A stretch of DNA of 20,000 bases from the IMG/VR virus record IMGVR_UViG_2923146907_000004. One strand, given 5' to 3'. Positions 7,301 to 16,025 of the stretch are shown here, piece by piece. The notes beneath the pieces are model-generated. The model had not been told where the DNA came from, did not search any database, and worked only from the letters and a program-made list of their open reading frames with translations. This DNA comes from an uncultured virus (IMG/VR IMGVR_UViG_2923146907_000004) (Duplodnaviria > Heunggongvirae > Uroviricota > Caudoviricetes). Position numbers and translations under genes: made by a program. Every line of letters begins with the position of its first letter. The stretch's first letter is position 1.

Positions 7301-10300
7301 GTGGTGCGAGGTTACGGCGCCAACTACGACAGGGTTATCAGCTACAACCCGACCGAATCGGGAAGCTGGACCGTCACGGTGCGCAGTGTACGCAAGGAAG
7401 GCGACACCTGGGTGGATGTCCCGGGCGAGAGCGAGCGCACTCACATGACGGCGCCGGATGCGCGCGACATGAAGCGCGGCCCGGCCGGCCGTATCGCAAC
7501 ACAGGGGGCGCCAACCGCCGATGAGTTCCCCTTGAAGGAAGCCGCAGCCAGCTACTCCGGTATCTCGAACAGCAGCAGCCAGCGAGCGAAGTCCGATGCG
7601 GATGAGTTCCAGACCTACATCGACGTGGCCCGCGACGCGGGCGCTGTCGTGGCACGCACCGATGCTCAGCAGGCGGCCGTGGAGCAAGCCACACGAGAAT
7701 TGCGGGCCGATTACCTGGCCCAGTACCGGCGCCTGATGAACGTGCGCGCCGGCACCTACAGCGGCTATGTTGTCGGGCGTTCTGGACTGAACAGCAAGCA
7801 GGCGGACAGGCGCAACAGCGCCTACGACCGCGCCATCGACACATTCGTGGCCTGGCAGAAGTCCAATCAGGATCGCGTGCGCCAGGCGGCACTGGACGCC
7901 CGTACCGACGAGGAAAAGGCGGCAGATCGCCAGGCCGCCGAGCAGGCCCGTGCCGACAAGGCGCAGCGCAAGGAAGACGGGGACCGCAGCCTGATGCGCA
8001 GGATTCTGTCCTGGAAGAAGGGCAGCGAGCCGGTGGCGATCACCAAGACCGCGCACCTTGCCGGGGTGAACTTCGGCAAGGATGGCTACCCGACCAGCAT
8101 TAAGTTGACGCCGACCGATGGCAGCGTGCTGACGAGCGACAAGTTCGACCTAGCGACGCTGTTCCGTGAGCGCGGCATGAGCGTGCCGGAGTCGAAACGC
8201 CGCGTGCGTGAACTGGTCGATTTCGTGCGTGCCGAGGATGCAGCCCGGCCCCAGTCCGAACCGGCAGAGGCACCCAAGCCCGATCCCGCGCAGCCCAGCG
8301 ATTCGAAAACCCCGACGCTCGATGAGCATGTAGCCCTCATGCAGCGCGCGCGCAGTGGGGAGGCGACCGCCGACGAGTTCCGCCAGGCATTCGAGCGTAC
8401 GCAGAACGCCCGCGACGCCCTGGTGGCCGAGCTGGGCACTATGAAGAAGGATGAACTGCTGAAGTCAGGCGGCTACAGCTTCTTCCACCGCTACCGCAAC
8501 GAGAAGAAGGCAGCGATTGTCGATGCCCTGGCCGGTCGCGTGTTGGAGGAATTTGCGCTGGGCCGCAGCTACGGCCCGAGCAGCTACGTGATGTCGGCTG
8601 CTGGCCTCGAAGCGCACCGCCAGGCCAAGGCCAGCGCGCTGGCCGAGCTGGTGGCGAACACCACCGACGACGACATCAAGGCGCACGCCGCCGAGGTCGC
8701 CGAGGCGCAGCAGGAAATCCAGGCCCGCCGGGCAGCGCAGCAGAAGGCTGTCGCCAACCCGCAGACCCTCGCCGAGTTCCGCCAGGCAGTGAGCTACAAC
8801 ATGGAGACGCACGGGGAGTCCCTGCGGGAGGCGTTCATGCGCCTGACGCCGGAACAGCGTATTCGCTACGACGAACTGGAGGCTGAGAGCACCAAGGCCC
8901 TGCGTGAGCAGGCCAAGGCACAGGCCAAGACCCGCGTAGCCAGCGCCGGGCAGACTACGGCCGGCGACATCATCGAGACGAAGCACACCAAGCACGGGCA
9001 TGACCTGTTCGTGGTCCAACTGGCCGAGCGCGTCAGCCGTGAGGACTACGACACCCTGAACAATTCGGCGAAGCGGCTGGGCGGCAGCTACAGCAGTTAT
9101 CGTGGGAATGGCGCCGTCCCCGGCTTCCAGTTCCGCACCCGCGAGGCGGCCGAAGCATTCCGTAAGCTGGTGACAGGCGACACCGCCGACGCGCAGGCCG
9201 TTGCAGAAGCGCGCCGCGACGCCTTCGAGGATGACCGCAGTCAGGGCGCCGCCGAGCGACTGCGCACCATGGCTCAGGCCCTCAACGAGCGGGCCGATGA
9301 AGCGCTGAATCGCGAGCGCAAGCAGAACACCGAGCGCCGTGCGCGGATGGCCGCCCGCGCTGAGGCCTCTGCGCGGTCCGACAAGGCACTGGCCGCCACC
9401 ATGAACAACCTGGCCGATGCCATCGAGGGCGGCAAGGCCAAGTTCCTGGACACCGTGCGGCAGAAAGTGCAAGTGGAGTTCCTGGCGCGGGAACTGCGCA
9501 ATGCGAAGGACGCGCAGATTCGTGCGAAGTACCCGACTTACGGCGAGCAGGAGAAACACCGCGGCGAGCCGGTGGACGCCGAGACGGTGGACTACTCCAC
9601 CTTCCCCAGCTACACCGCCATGCGCTCCGACCTAGCGAGCCTGGCGCGCCAGATGGCGGATGTGGACGGCCTGAAGAAATTGGCCGCGCGCCTGGAGAAG
9701 GTCGCCGACGATGTGACCGAGGCCTACACGGACTGGGCCAAGCAGAATCTTCTGTCCGTCAGCCGCTTCACCCGCGGTGACCAGTTCGCCGACTTCAAGA
9801 GTCGCGAGGATGCCGAGCGTGCCATTCGCCGCTCCGGCCTCACCGGCAAGGCCATCGTGCTTCCGGTGAAACGCGGGCAGAACCGCATCGTCATGGCCCC
9901 CAGCGAAGCCATGAAGCTGGGCCTCTGGCAGGGCGACGGCGACAAGCGCATAACGCTGTCCGGCGAGTTCGGCGGCGAACTGGTGCAGGCCCTCGGCCGG
10001 CGCAGTGGCAGCAAGATCACCGTTCCGTGGGCGCTGGAGAGCGCGCACGAAAAGCGCAAGCGCCTGGAGAGCATGGGCATCCTCACCGGCAGCGAGTACC
10101 GCTCTGCACTGCGCGAGTTCGTAGCGCTGCGCGAGGCGCCCGCCGAGCCCGACAAGATCAGGGAAATGGAACGGTCCATGATCGGCCGTCGAAATGACGG
10201 ACTGGACTTCTTCCCGACTTCGGCCGCCGTCACCGAGGAAGCCGTCGACGCCGCCGACATCCAGGAAGGCATGGACGTGCTGGAGCCTTCCGCCGGCATG

Positions 10301-13300
10301 GGCCATATGGCCGACGCGATCCGCGAGCAGACCGGCGTAGAGCCCGATGTGGTGGAGCTTTCCAGCGAACGCCGCGAGTTGCTGGAGGCCAAGGGCTACA
10401 ACCTGGTCGGCTCCGACTTCATGGAGGTGTCCGGCAAGCAGTACGACCGTATCGTGATGAACCCGCCGTTCTCCAAGGGGCGCGACATCCAGCACGTACA
10501 GCACGCCTACAGCCTGCTGAAGCCCGGCGGCCGCCTGGTTGCCATCATGGGCGAAGGCGCCTTCTTCCAGAGCAACAAGGCCGCCGAGAACTTCCGGGCC
10601 TGGCTGGACGGCCTGGGTGCCACCAGTGAACGGCTGCCGGAAGGTTCGTTTATGGACCCGGCGCTACCCGTCAATACCGGCGTGAACGCGCGCATGGTGG
10701 TGATTGACAAGCCGGCAGCCGAAGAGTCGGCAGCGCCGCAGCCCGGCGAACAACCGCCCGTGCAGTACTCGTTCGCCGGCCGCAATGCCGTCGGCGCCAA
10801 CCTGCATGCCCTGAGCACCGCACAGCAGCGCATCGCCATTGGCGAAAACGCCGAGGCCGTTCGCCGAGATACCGGTTGGCACCGTAGCGCTGATGGCAAG
10901 TGGCGCTTCGAAATCAGCGATCATCAGGCCAGCATCGCCGTGGCCGGTGAGACTGCTGGCGCCATCATCAATATGGCCCACCTCAATGCCATCAACGACG
11001 AGCGCAGTCGACCGACCGTCGGCGATGTGCTCAACCATCCTCAACTGTTCGCTGCATATCCTGACCTGCAGCGTATCCCGGTGGCAGTGATGCCAGAGGG
11101 CATCACTGCGCTGGCTCGCCTACGTCGGTTCGCCACGGGTAACCAAGTTGAGGTTCAGGCGAACATGCCGCGCACCGAGGTTGCCTCGGCGATCCTGCAC
11201 GAACTCCAGCATGCGATACAGATCCGGGAAGGTTTCGCCATGGGTGGCTCGGCCAGGGCTTTCGTCAGCAACTTCGACAAGACTGGTGCGGCGACCTATC
11301 GTCGTTTGGCTGGAGAGGTGGAGGCGCGCAACACGCAGGCTCGGCTGAAAATGACGCCGCGCCTGCGCCGGGACATCGCACCCGATGAGTCGGCGGACAT
11401 CCCTGCAAGTCAGGTGCTGGTGTCGTTCAATGGCCGCGACATCGAGAATGGCCCGTTGCCGCAGAACCTGACGGGGCGTCCGCCGATGACCTCGCAAAGC
11501 CTGGTTCGTGCTTTCGACCTGCAGTTCCCAGCCCTGGGCCAGGCTGTGCGCAAGATGCTGAAGCGCGGCAAGGAAGGACAACGGGGCGGCTTGGTGGTGA
11601 TCGACAGCGCCGACCCGTTGCGCATCGCGCACACCTACGCGCGGAAATCCGGTACCGCACTGAGCGATGCCGTTCAACTGTTTGAGGATGGCGGGCGCAT
11701 CAATGGCTTCTACGATGCCAGATCAGGTCTAACTTTTCTGGTCGGCCCGAACCTGAATCCGGTAACCGCACCGGCCGTGGTGCTTCACGAAATGGTTCAC
11801 GGCCAGCAGCGGCAGAATCTCGACCAGGCTGCCCACGCCATGCTGATGAATCGCGGCAACGTGCGGAGCGCCGAACTGCGCACCTTCCTGGACCGTGTGG
11901 CCAGCCGCATGATCGAGGCCGGCGAGAGCCGCAACATGAAGGAGGCCGCTCCGTATATCGTGGAGCAGGCTGTTATTGAAGGGCGAGAGCAGGGGTTCGC
12001 CGAGGCTGATAGCCGGTTCCTGTCCTGGGTAGACAGTGCGCTGGGCAAGCAGGTGGGTGACTTCCTGCGTAGGTTCCTGGCCAACATCCGTCAGTGGACG
12101 CTGCGCCACGGTCTGCCGGTTGGCCGTATCAGCGTGGACGATCTGGTGCGATATGCGATGGCTGGCGTGGAAAGCGCCGCCGAAGGCCGGGTAAGGAGCG
12201 ACGGCCTAGCCATGAGCCAGGACGACATGCGAAAGGCGCGCGTGCTGCAAGGCCCGCCGGTGGCCATCCTGGAGGGAAATGAAGCACCACAGGGCTTCGC
12301 TGCGGTTCGCGAGTGGGCGGCGAAGCTATTCGAGTCTCAAGGTGGCAAGGCAGTGAACCCGGACCTGGGCGACGTGGTGCTGGATATGCGCGCTGTGCGC
12401 GACTCGATGGCGCATGGCAAGGCCAACCCATACAAGTTCTCGGCGTTCGCGGCCGTCAAGGACGTGCTGGAGCGAGGTGTGGTGGTTCACCGCGCGGACT
12501 ATGAGAAGGGGGAGAGTTTCTACGTGTCGGCGCCGGTGGTGATCGACGATAAGGATGACATCGTGACTGTGTTGGTGCGCCGCGATCCGAACATGCAGCG
12601 CATGTATCTGCATTCGGTGGCCACAAAAGAATATCTCCTGAACCGTCGAGTATCCGGTGCTGATGCCATGATGGCAGCGCAGCCTTCCGGCTCGTCCAGT
12701 TCAGGAGACGTAGCCAGTGTACTCCAGCGGCTGCTGACCGCAAGCCTGAATGAACCCGAAGGTCCGCAGTTCAGTCGCTCCGGTCTGCGCGAACTCACCA
12801 GCAAGGCTACCGCCGAACTGAACAAGACCTTCAGCGCTCCGGGAGGCCTGTCCTGGTGGCACAAGACCATCGGCACCATGTACAACCTCGCAGAGCGTTC
12901 CCCGGCATTCAAGCCGGTCTTCGAGTCGGCGCAAGGATTTATCGATGACGTGAGCTATTACGCCAGCGATGCGGCTGATCTGGCGCCGAAACTGCTGCCG
13001 AAGCTGGAAACCTGGCGCGACATTGCAAAGTCCCCGGTGGGCGCTGAGGACAACAAGGCGGTGGCCAAGCCGGTATTCGAGGGCACGCTGATGTGGGCGC
13101 GCGACGTGGACGGCAAGCCGGTGCGCGTCGATTCGCTGGCTGAGCGCGCCATGCGTCTGACGGCCGACGAGAAGGCGGACATCCTGCTGAAGCAGGGCAA
13201 GATTCCCGAGGGACTGCTGCGCGCCTGGCGCGGCCTGAGCCCCGAGCAGTTCGCCAAGATGATCGACAGCCGCTACGAGGCGCAGATGCTCAAGGCAGGC

Positions 13301-15673
13301 ATCGTCTGGACCGACGCTGAGCTGCGCGACATATGGAAGCTCAACGATGCTCAGGTCGCGCTGTACCGCGAGTTCCGCGCCGCCACCGACCGTAGCCTGG
13401 ACACCATGGCCCGCGCCGACATGCTGCGCTTCGGCGGCGAGGATGTGAAGGAACTGCGCGACCAGGTGATGGACGCGGCCGATGCGCAGGAGGGGGCCGC
13501 GATACTGCGCGACCACCTGGCGCAGATGGCTGATGCATGGCCGGAACGCGCCACGAACCTGCTGAACCTGGCACACGGCATGACGGATCGCGCCGAGAAG
13601 GTCGCCCAGTTGCAGGGCGAGGGCTATGCACCGCTGTCGCGCTTCGGCAAGTACACAGTGGACGTGGTGGGTCAGGACGGTCAGCGTGAATACTTCAGCC
13701 TGTTCGAGACGAAGCGCGAGGCCAACCAAATGGCTGAGCAGATGCGTGGCGCGTTTCCTGGCGCCACCGTGAGCCAGGGCACCCTGTCCGAGGAAGCGTA
13801 CAAGCTATTCGCCGGCATCACACCGGAAACGCTGGAACTGTTCGGCAACGCCCTCGGTTTCGACTCACAGGGCGATAGCGCACGTGATCAGGCTTTCCAA
13901 GACTACCTGCGCCTGACAAAGACCAACCGCAGCGCAATGCGCCGGCTTATTCACCGAAAGGGCATCGCTGGTTATAGCGAGGACGTAGGGCGGGTACTGG
14001 CCTCGTTCGTATACTCCAATGCGCGGCAAACCGCCGCCGGTCTGCACATGGGCGACCTTTCCGAGGCTGTGAACGGCATCCCGCAGGCGCAGGGCGAACT
14101 GAAGGACGCCGCGGTACGGCTGGCCGACTACATCAAGAACCCGCAAGAGGAGGGGCAGGCGGTGCGCGGACTGCTGTTTGCGCAGTACCTCGGCGGGTCC
14201 GTCGCGTCAGCCTTCGTCAACATGACCCAGCCGGTCCAAGTGACTTTTCCCTGGCTGAGTCAGTATTGCGGGGTGAAGCGCGCTGCGGCGGAACTGGGGC
14301 GGGCAGCACGACAGATGGCGCAGCGCTCCTATCAGTTCGAACCGGACCTGGCCCGGGCATTAAAGCGCGCAGAGGATGATGGGGTGGTGTCCCCGCAGGA
14401 GGTCCACCAGTTGATGGCGCAGGCCCGCGGCAGCGGCTCGCTGCGCGCCGGGGACGGGACGCGCTTGGGTGATGCTCGAGCACTTGCGTCCAACAGCGTG
14501 GCGCGCCTGTCGATGGCCTGGGGCAAGTTGTTCGGCGCCGCAGAGCAGATCAACCGCCGCATGACCTACATCGCGTCGTATCGCATCGCCAAAGCGCAGA
14601 ACATGGCCAATCCTGACGAGTTCGCACGCCGGGCCGTGCGCGAGACGCAGTTCGTATACTCCAAGGCCAGCAAAATGCGCTGGGGGCGTGGTGCCGTCGG
14701 CGGCACCTTGATGACCTTCAAGACGTACAGCGTGGCCTATCTTGAGCTGATGCATCGCTTGTGGAATCAGGGTGAGCCTGGTTCGCAGGAGCGCAAGGAC
14801 GGTCGGAAGGCTGCTGCCCTGATGATCGGTATGCTGCTGCTCGTCGGGGGCGCCGGTGGCTTGCCGTTCGCCGAAGACGCCGAAGACCTGATCGACGGTG
14901 CGGCGCAACTCATGGGCTACAACTTTTCTACCGCGAAGGCCAAACAGGAGTTTCTTGAAAGTCTGTTCGGTCGGGTGCTTGCCGACTTCATTGATCGCGG
15001 GGTGTCCGGACTGCCTGGTGCTCCGCTCGATGTCTCAGGCCGGTTGGGCATGGGGAACCTGATTCCTGGAACCCGGCTACTCCAGCCCGCCCCCGCGAAT
15101 ATTCGCGATGTGCTTGAAATAGCTGGCCCCATGGGGGACTTCGCGAATCGCATCCTTGAGGGCGGGAAAAAGATCGCCAGTGGCGACATCGGTAGCGGGT
15201 TGCTGGAAATATCCCCGGGGGCGGTACGAAACGCTGCCAAGGGGGTGGATATGCTCGCCACTGGGATGTACCGAGACACGAAGGGCTACAAGGTCTTGGA
15301 TACCAACACGCTTGAGGCCGCGATGAAGATGATCGGCTTCCAGCCTGCCAGTGTGGCGACCATTCAGGAAGCCAACATGCTCAGCCAGAAGGCGAAGGCC
15401 TTCTACAACCTGAAGGCGCAAGATATCCGCAGTATGTGGGCAGCCGGCGTGTTCGAGAAGGACCAAGGTAAGGTTGAGCGCGCGCGGCAGGCAATTGTCG
15501 ACTGGAATCGGCGCAACCCTGACCAGCCGATGGTCATTCGTGTTCCGGACATCATGCGGCGAGTCCGCGAAATGTCGCTTTCGAAGGATGAGCGGATAGC
15601 GAAGACAGCACCCAAAGCAATGCGACAGCAGATGCGAGAGGATCTGGCGCGCACCCGCGCAGCTCTGGACTGA
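4352..15673 (+). CDS. Giant polyvalent virion/ejection protein, PLxRFG-domain containing, with DNA adenine methyltransferase (DarB-like anti-restriction role inferred), 3773 aa
   Basis: 11.3-kb ORF with its ATG at 4352 coupled to the upstream stop. Motifs: Gly/Ala-rich hydrophobic N-terminal region; ParB-like LKPTQ...LDGHHQW (~6910-7036); MTase DFFPT / LEPSAGMG / NPPF (10205-10471); TGWHRSADGKWRFEISD (LPD23-like, 10871-10921); HELQH (11198) with GEVEAR; HEMVH (11786); LPD3-like segment (~12290-12640); YAPLSRFGKY (13631). Confidence 0.9.
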   Translation: MADTSKPWEEFASQQSVTGGEKPWEEFGGETKEEGRGLIGHARDLGLSVAKGVIGVPEAAVGLADIPTEGRVGKFLENQDGMLGFRPREAKDFLSDLHTDQYKQQQQDFQDADGVVDKTLHAVQNPSMVVNTVAESLPSMLAGGAVGRGVRALAPALAPVAAGAAGEGAVMAGQQAEQIRQETDDGLLTPAQSGAAVATGVLGSLFSLAGGSLAKKLGIGDADTLLAGGANPGQLVSELASMPAKSIPRKVIEGAISEGFLEELPQSASEQVLQNLALGRDWASGLDEAMVMGTLAGMAMGGPAAVLHGGQPAASRGLADADATFESTPGLEGQTETTAPLALPAPVYEAGSDGQVRTTVDQNSATQAQRQQEAERLDRIRRGEVTDVTPVPAAPKRSEQMGLDPAAGPLSGAAAQAVDSGATDQMVQQAALQQAAEEAQKSGRKGDQVNPETGEITAEQGDLLASDPVTDLQGRLEFVRRQARATGWDAKKIAERDRLQEELDKLAPPPDAGYMQRVGERVKRIEAAQSPDEIAAILAEDQQDEQRHQNAAGRVELAARARGFALDQAAQQQAPTPIGVQDDIQQAQGKADTQQAQAAQPVASPAPAAESVPAASAPAIEAAKPSNLKDAIAKVRQDKAQAPKAEPVQQTAAPAADQARYADLAQQFNAMVPQLKAAREGGNTSEVERLTNAMRPLDTEMRQLQARETKRTLDLGQQASKAKLEQELSGEAIGTRRRPSEHAPEKGLYWEKTGTNEWTGRGAWFQKGKTRTDADMAQFGGTLVMPSEQAAQKAPSIEGKDIGEGWAEFSKESGTAGIPRADMPQIKAEHRGAMVNFLSARGVQHQEETVPADTLKPTQAEFSRDKVAKAKGFEGGNRSILVSRDGHVLDGHHQWMAARDNGEEVKVIRLDAPIRDLVKLAHEFPSSTTDASSGQGATVEAKQVRPKPEPAAPDVPKKKPRGVLAKRLQAEAQARAEYFTPGNVVRGYGANYDRVISYNPTESGSWTVTVRSVRKEGDTWVDVPGESERTHMTAPDARDMKRGPAGRIATQGAPTADEFPLKEAAASYSGISNSSSQRAKSDADEFQTYIDVARDAGAVVARTDAQQAAVEQATRELRADYLAQYRRLMNVRAGTYSGYVVGRSGLNSKQADRRNSAYDRAIDTFVAWQKSNQDRVRQAALDARTDEEKAADRQAAEQARADKAQRKEDGDRSLMRRILSWKKGSEPVAITKTAHLAGVNFGKDGYPTSIKLTPTDGSVLTSDKFDLATLFRERGMSVPESKRRVRELVDFVRAEDAARPQSEPAEAPKPDPAQPSDSKTPTLDEHVALMQRARSGEATADEFRQAFERTQNARDALVAELGTMKKDELLKSGGYSFFHRYRNEKKAAIVDALAGRVLEEFALGRSYGPSSYVMSAAGLEAHRQAKASALAELVANTTDDDIKAHAAEVAEAQQEIQARRAAQQKAVANPQTLAEFRQAVSYNMETHGESLREAFMRLTPEQRIRYDELEAESTKALREQAKAQAKTRVASAGQTTAGDIIETKHTKHGHDLFVVQLAERVSREDYDTLNNSAKRLGGSYSSYRGNGAVPGFQFRTREAAEAFRKLVTGDTADAQAVAEARRDAFEDDRSQGAAERLRTMAQALNERADEALNRERKQNTERRARMAARAEASARSDKALAATMNNLADAIEGGKAKFLDTVRQKVQVEFLARELRNAKDAQIRAKYPTYGEQEKHRGEPVDAETVDYSTFPSYTAMRSDLASLARQMADVDGLKKLAARLEKVADDVTEAYTDWAKQNLLSVSRFTRGDQFADFKSREDAERAIRRSGLTGKAIVLPVKRGQNRIVMAPSEAMKLGLWQGDGDKRITLSGEFGGELVQALGRRSGSKITVPWALESAHEKRKRLESMGILTGSEYRSALREFVALREAPAEPDKIREMERSMIGRRNDGLDFFPTSAAVTEEAVDAADIQEGMDVLEPSAGMGHMADAIREQTGVEPDVVELSSERRELLEAKGYNLVGSDFMEVSGKQYDRIVMNPPFSKGRDIQHVQHAYSLLKPGGRLVAIMGEGAFFQSNKAAENFRAWLDGLGATSERLPEGSFMDPALPVNTGVNARMVVIDKPAAEESAAPQPGEQPPVQYSFAGRNAVGANLHALSTAQQRIAIGENAEAVRRDTGWHRSADGKWRFEISDHQASIAVAGETAGAIINMAHLNAINDERSRPTVGDVLNHPQLFAAYPDLQRIPVAVMPEGITALARLRRFATGNQVEVQANMPRTEVASAILHELQHAIQIREGFAMGGSARAFVSNFDKTGAATYRRLAGEVEARNTQARLKMTPRLRRDIAPDESADIPASQVLVSFNGRDIENGPLPQNLTGRPPMTSQSLVRAFDLQFPALGQAVRKMLKRGKEGQRGGLVVIDSADPLRIAHTYARKSGTALSDAVQLFEDGGRINGFYDARSGLTFLVGPNLNPVTAPAVVLHEMVHGQQRQNLDQAAHAMLMNRGNVRSAELRTFLDRVASRMIEAGESRNMKEAAPYIVEQAVIEGREQGFAEADSRFLSWVDSALGKQVGDFLRRFLANIRQWTLRHGLPVGRISVDDLVRYAMAGVESAAEGRVRSDGLAMSQDDMRKARVLQGPPVAILEGNEAPQGFAAVREWAAKLFESQGGKAVNPDLGDVVLDMRAVRDSMAHGKANPYKFSAFAAVKDVLERGVVVHRADYEKGESFYVSAPVVIDDKDDIVTVLVRRDPNMQRMYLHSVATKEYLLNRRVSGADAMMAAQPSGSSSSGDVASVLQRLLTASLNEPEGPQFSRSGLRELTSKATAELNKTFSAPGGLSWWHKTIGTMYNLAERSPAFKPVFESAQGFIDDVSYYASDAADLAPKLLPKLETWRDIAKSPVGAEDNKAVAKPVFEGTLMWARDVDGKPVRVDSLAERAMRLTADEKADILLKQGKIPEGLLRAWRGLSPEQFAKMIDSRYEAQMLKAGIVWTDAELRDIWKLNDAQVALYREFRAATDRSLDTMARADMLRFGGEDVKELRDQVMDAADAQEGAAILRDHLAQMADAWPERATNLLNLAHGMTDRAEKVAQLQGEGYAPLSRFGKYTVDVVGQDGQREYFSLFETKREANQMAEQMRGAFPGATVSQGTLSEEAYKLFAGITPETLELFGNALGFDSQGDSARDQAFQDYLRLTKTNRSAMRRLIHRKGIAGYSEDVGRVLASFVYSNARQTAAGLHMGDLSEAVNGIPQAQGELKDAAVRLADYIKNPQEEGQAVRGLLFAQYLGGSVASAFVNMTQPVQVTFPWLSQYCGVKRAAAELGRAARQMAQRSYQFEPDLARALKRAEDDGVVSPQEVHQLMAQARGSGSLRAGDGTRLGDARALASNSVARLSMAWGKLFGAAEQINRRMTYIASYRIAKAQNMANPDEFARRAVRETQFVYSKASKMRWGRGAVGGTLMTFKTYSVAYLELMHRLWNQGEPGSQERKDGRKAAALMIGMLLLVGGAGGLPFAEDAEDLIDGAAQLMGYNFSTAKAKQEFLESLFGRVLADFIDRGVSGLPGAPLDVSGRLGMGNLIPGTRLLQPAPANIRDVLEIAGPMGDFANRILEGGKKIASGDIGSGLLEISPGAVRNAAKGVDMLATGMYRDTKGYKVLDTNTLEAAMKMIGFQPASVATIQEANMLSQKAKAFYNLKAQDIRSMWAAGVFEKDQGKVERARQAIVDWNRRNPDQPMVIRVPDIMRRVREMSLSKDERIAKTAPKAMRQQMREDLARTRAALD

Positions 15674-15674
15674 A

Positions 15675-15690
15675 CCCCCTGTAAGGATTT
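15675..15690 (+). promoter_or_regulatory. Second copy of putative late-promoter motif CCCCCTGTAAGG, upstream of the lysis cassette
   Basis: 11/12 identity to the motif at 2114. It begins 2 bp after the giant gene's stop. Confidence 0.5.
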
Positions 15691-15729
15691 GCCGTTCTCT
15701 GGCTGTACCGAAAACTACCTGCCCAAGAA

Positions 15730-15750
15730 GCCGGGGCGTGATGCCCCGGC
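15730..15750 (+). promoter_or_regulatory. GC-rich stem-loop immediately upstream of the holin RBS
   Basis: GCCGGGGC-gtgat-GCCCCGGC is a perfect 8-bp inverted repeat, followed by CTTT and then GGAGGA. Confidence 0.55.
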
Positions 15751-15767
15751 CTTTGGAGGATGGCGTT

Positions 15768-16025
15768 ATGTCGGAGAGGGCCGGAATGGCGGTAGAGGTG
15801 GTGGGCGTTTCGGTGGCCAACAAGACCACGCTGGCTGGCGCCCTTGCGGGCGCGTTGGGCTGGCTGGCGCAGATCAACTGGGTGGGGCTGATCGGCGTGC
15901 TGGTCGCCGTCATCGGTCTGCTGGCCAATATCTATTTCCAGGTTCGCCGCGACCGCCGCGAATCAGCCGAGAGCGCTGCCCGCATCGAGGCCATCCGGGG
16001 GCGTTGCGATGTCGAACAGCCGTAA
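15768..16025 (+). CDS. Holin (small membrane protein, possibly pinholin-type)
   Basis: GGAGGA RBS at 15755-15760 and ATG at 15768. Hydrophobic segments (TLAGALAGALGWLA; WVGLIGVLVAVIGLLANIYF) precede a charged C-terminus. It overlaps the endolysin start. Confidence 0.85.
   Translation: MSERAGMAVEVVGVSVANKTTLAGALAGALGWLAQINWVGLIGVLVAVIGLLANIYFQVRRDRRESAESAARIEAIRGRCDVEQP

Noticed and set aside
4490..14908. Many long minus-strand ORFs (e.g. 4490..5995, 6020..7117, 8465..9559, 12701..13729)
   Set aside because: They are antisense shadows of the giant gene caused by stop-codon scarcity at high GC3, with no RBS or recognisable motifs.
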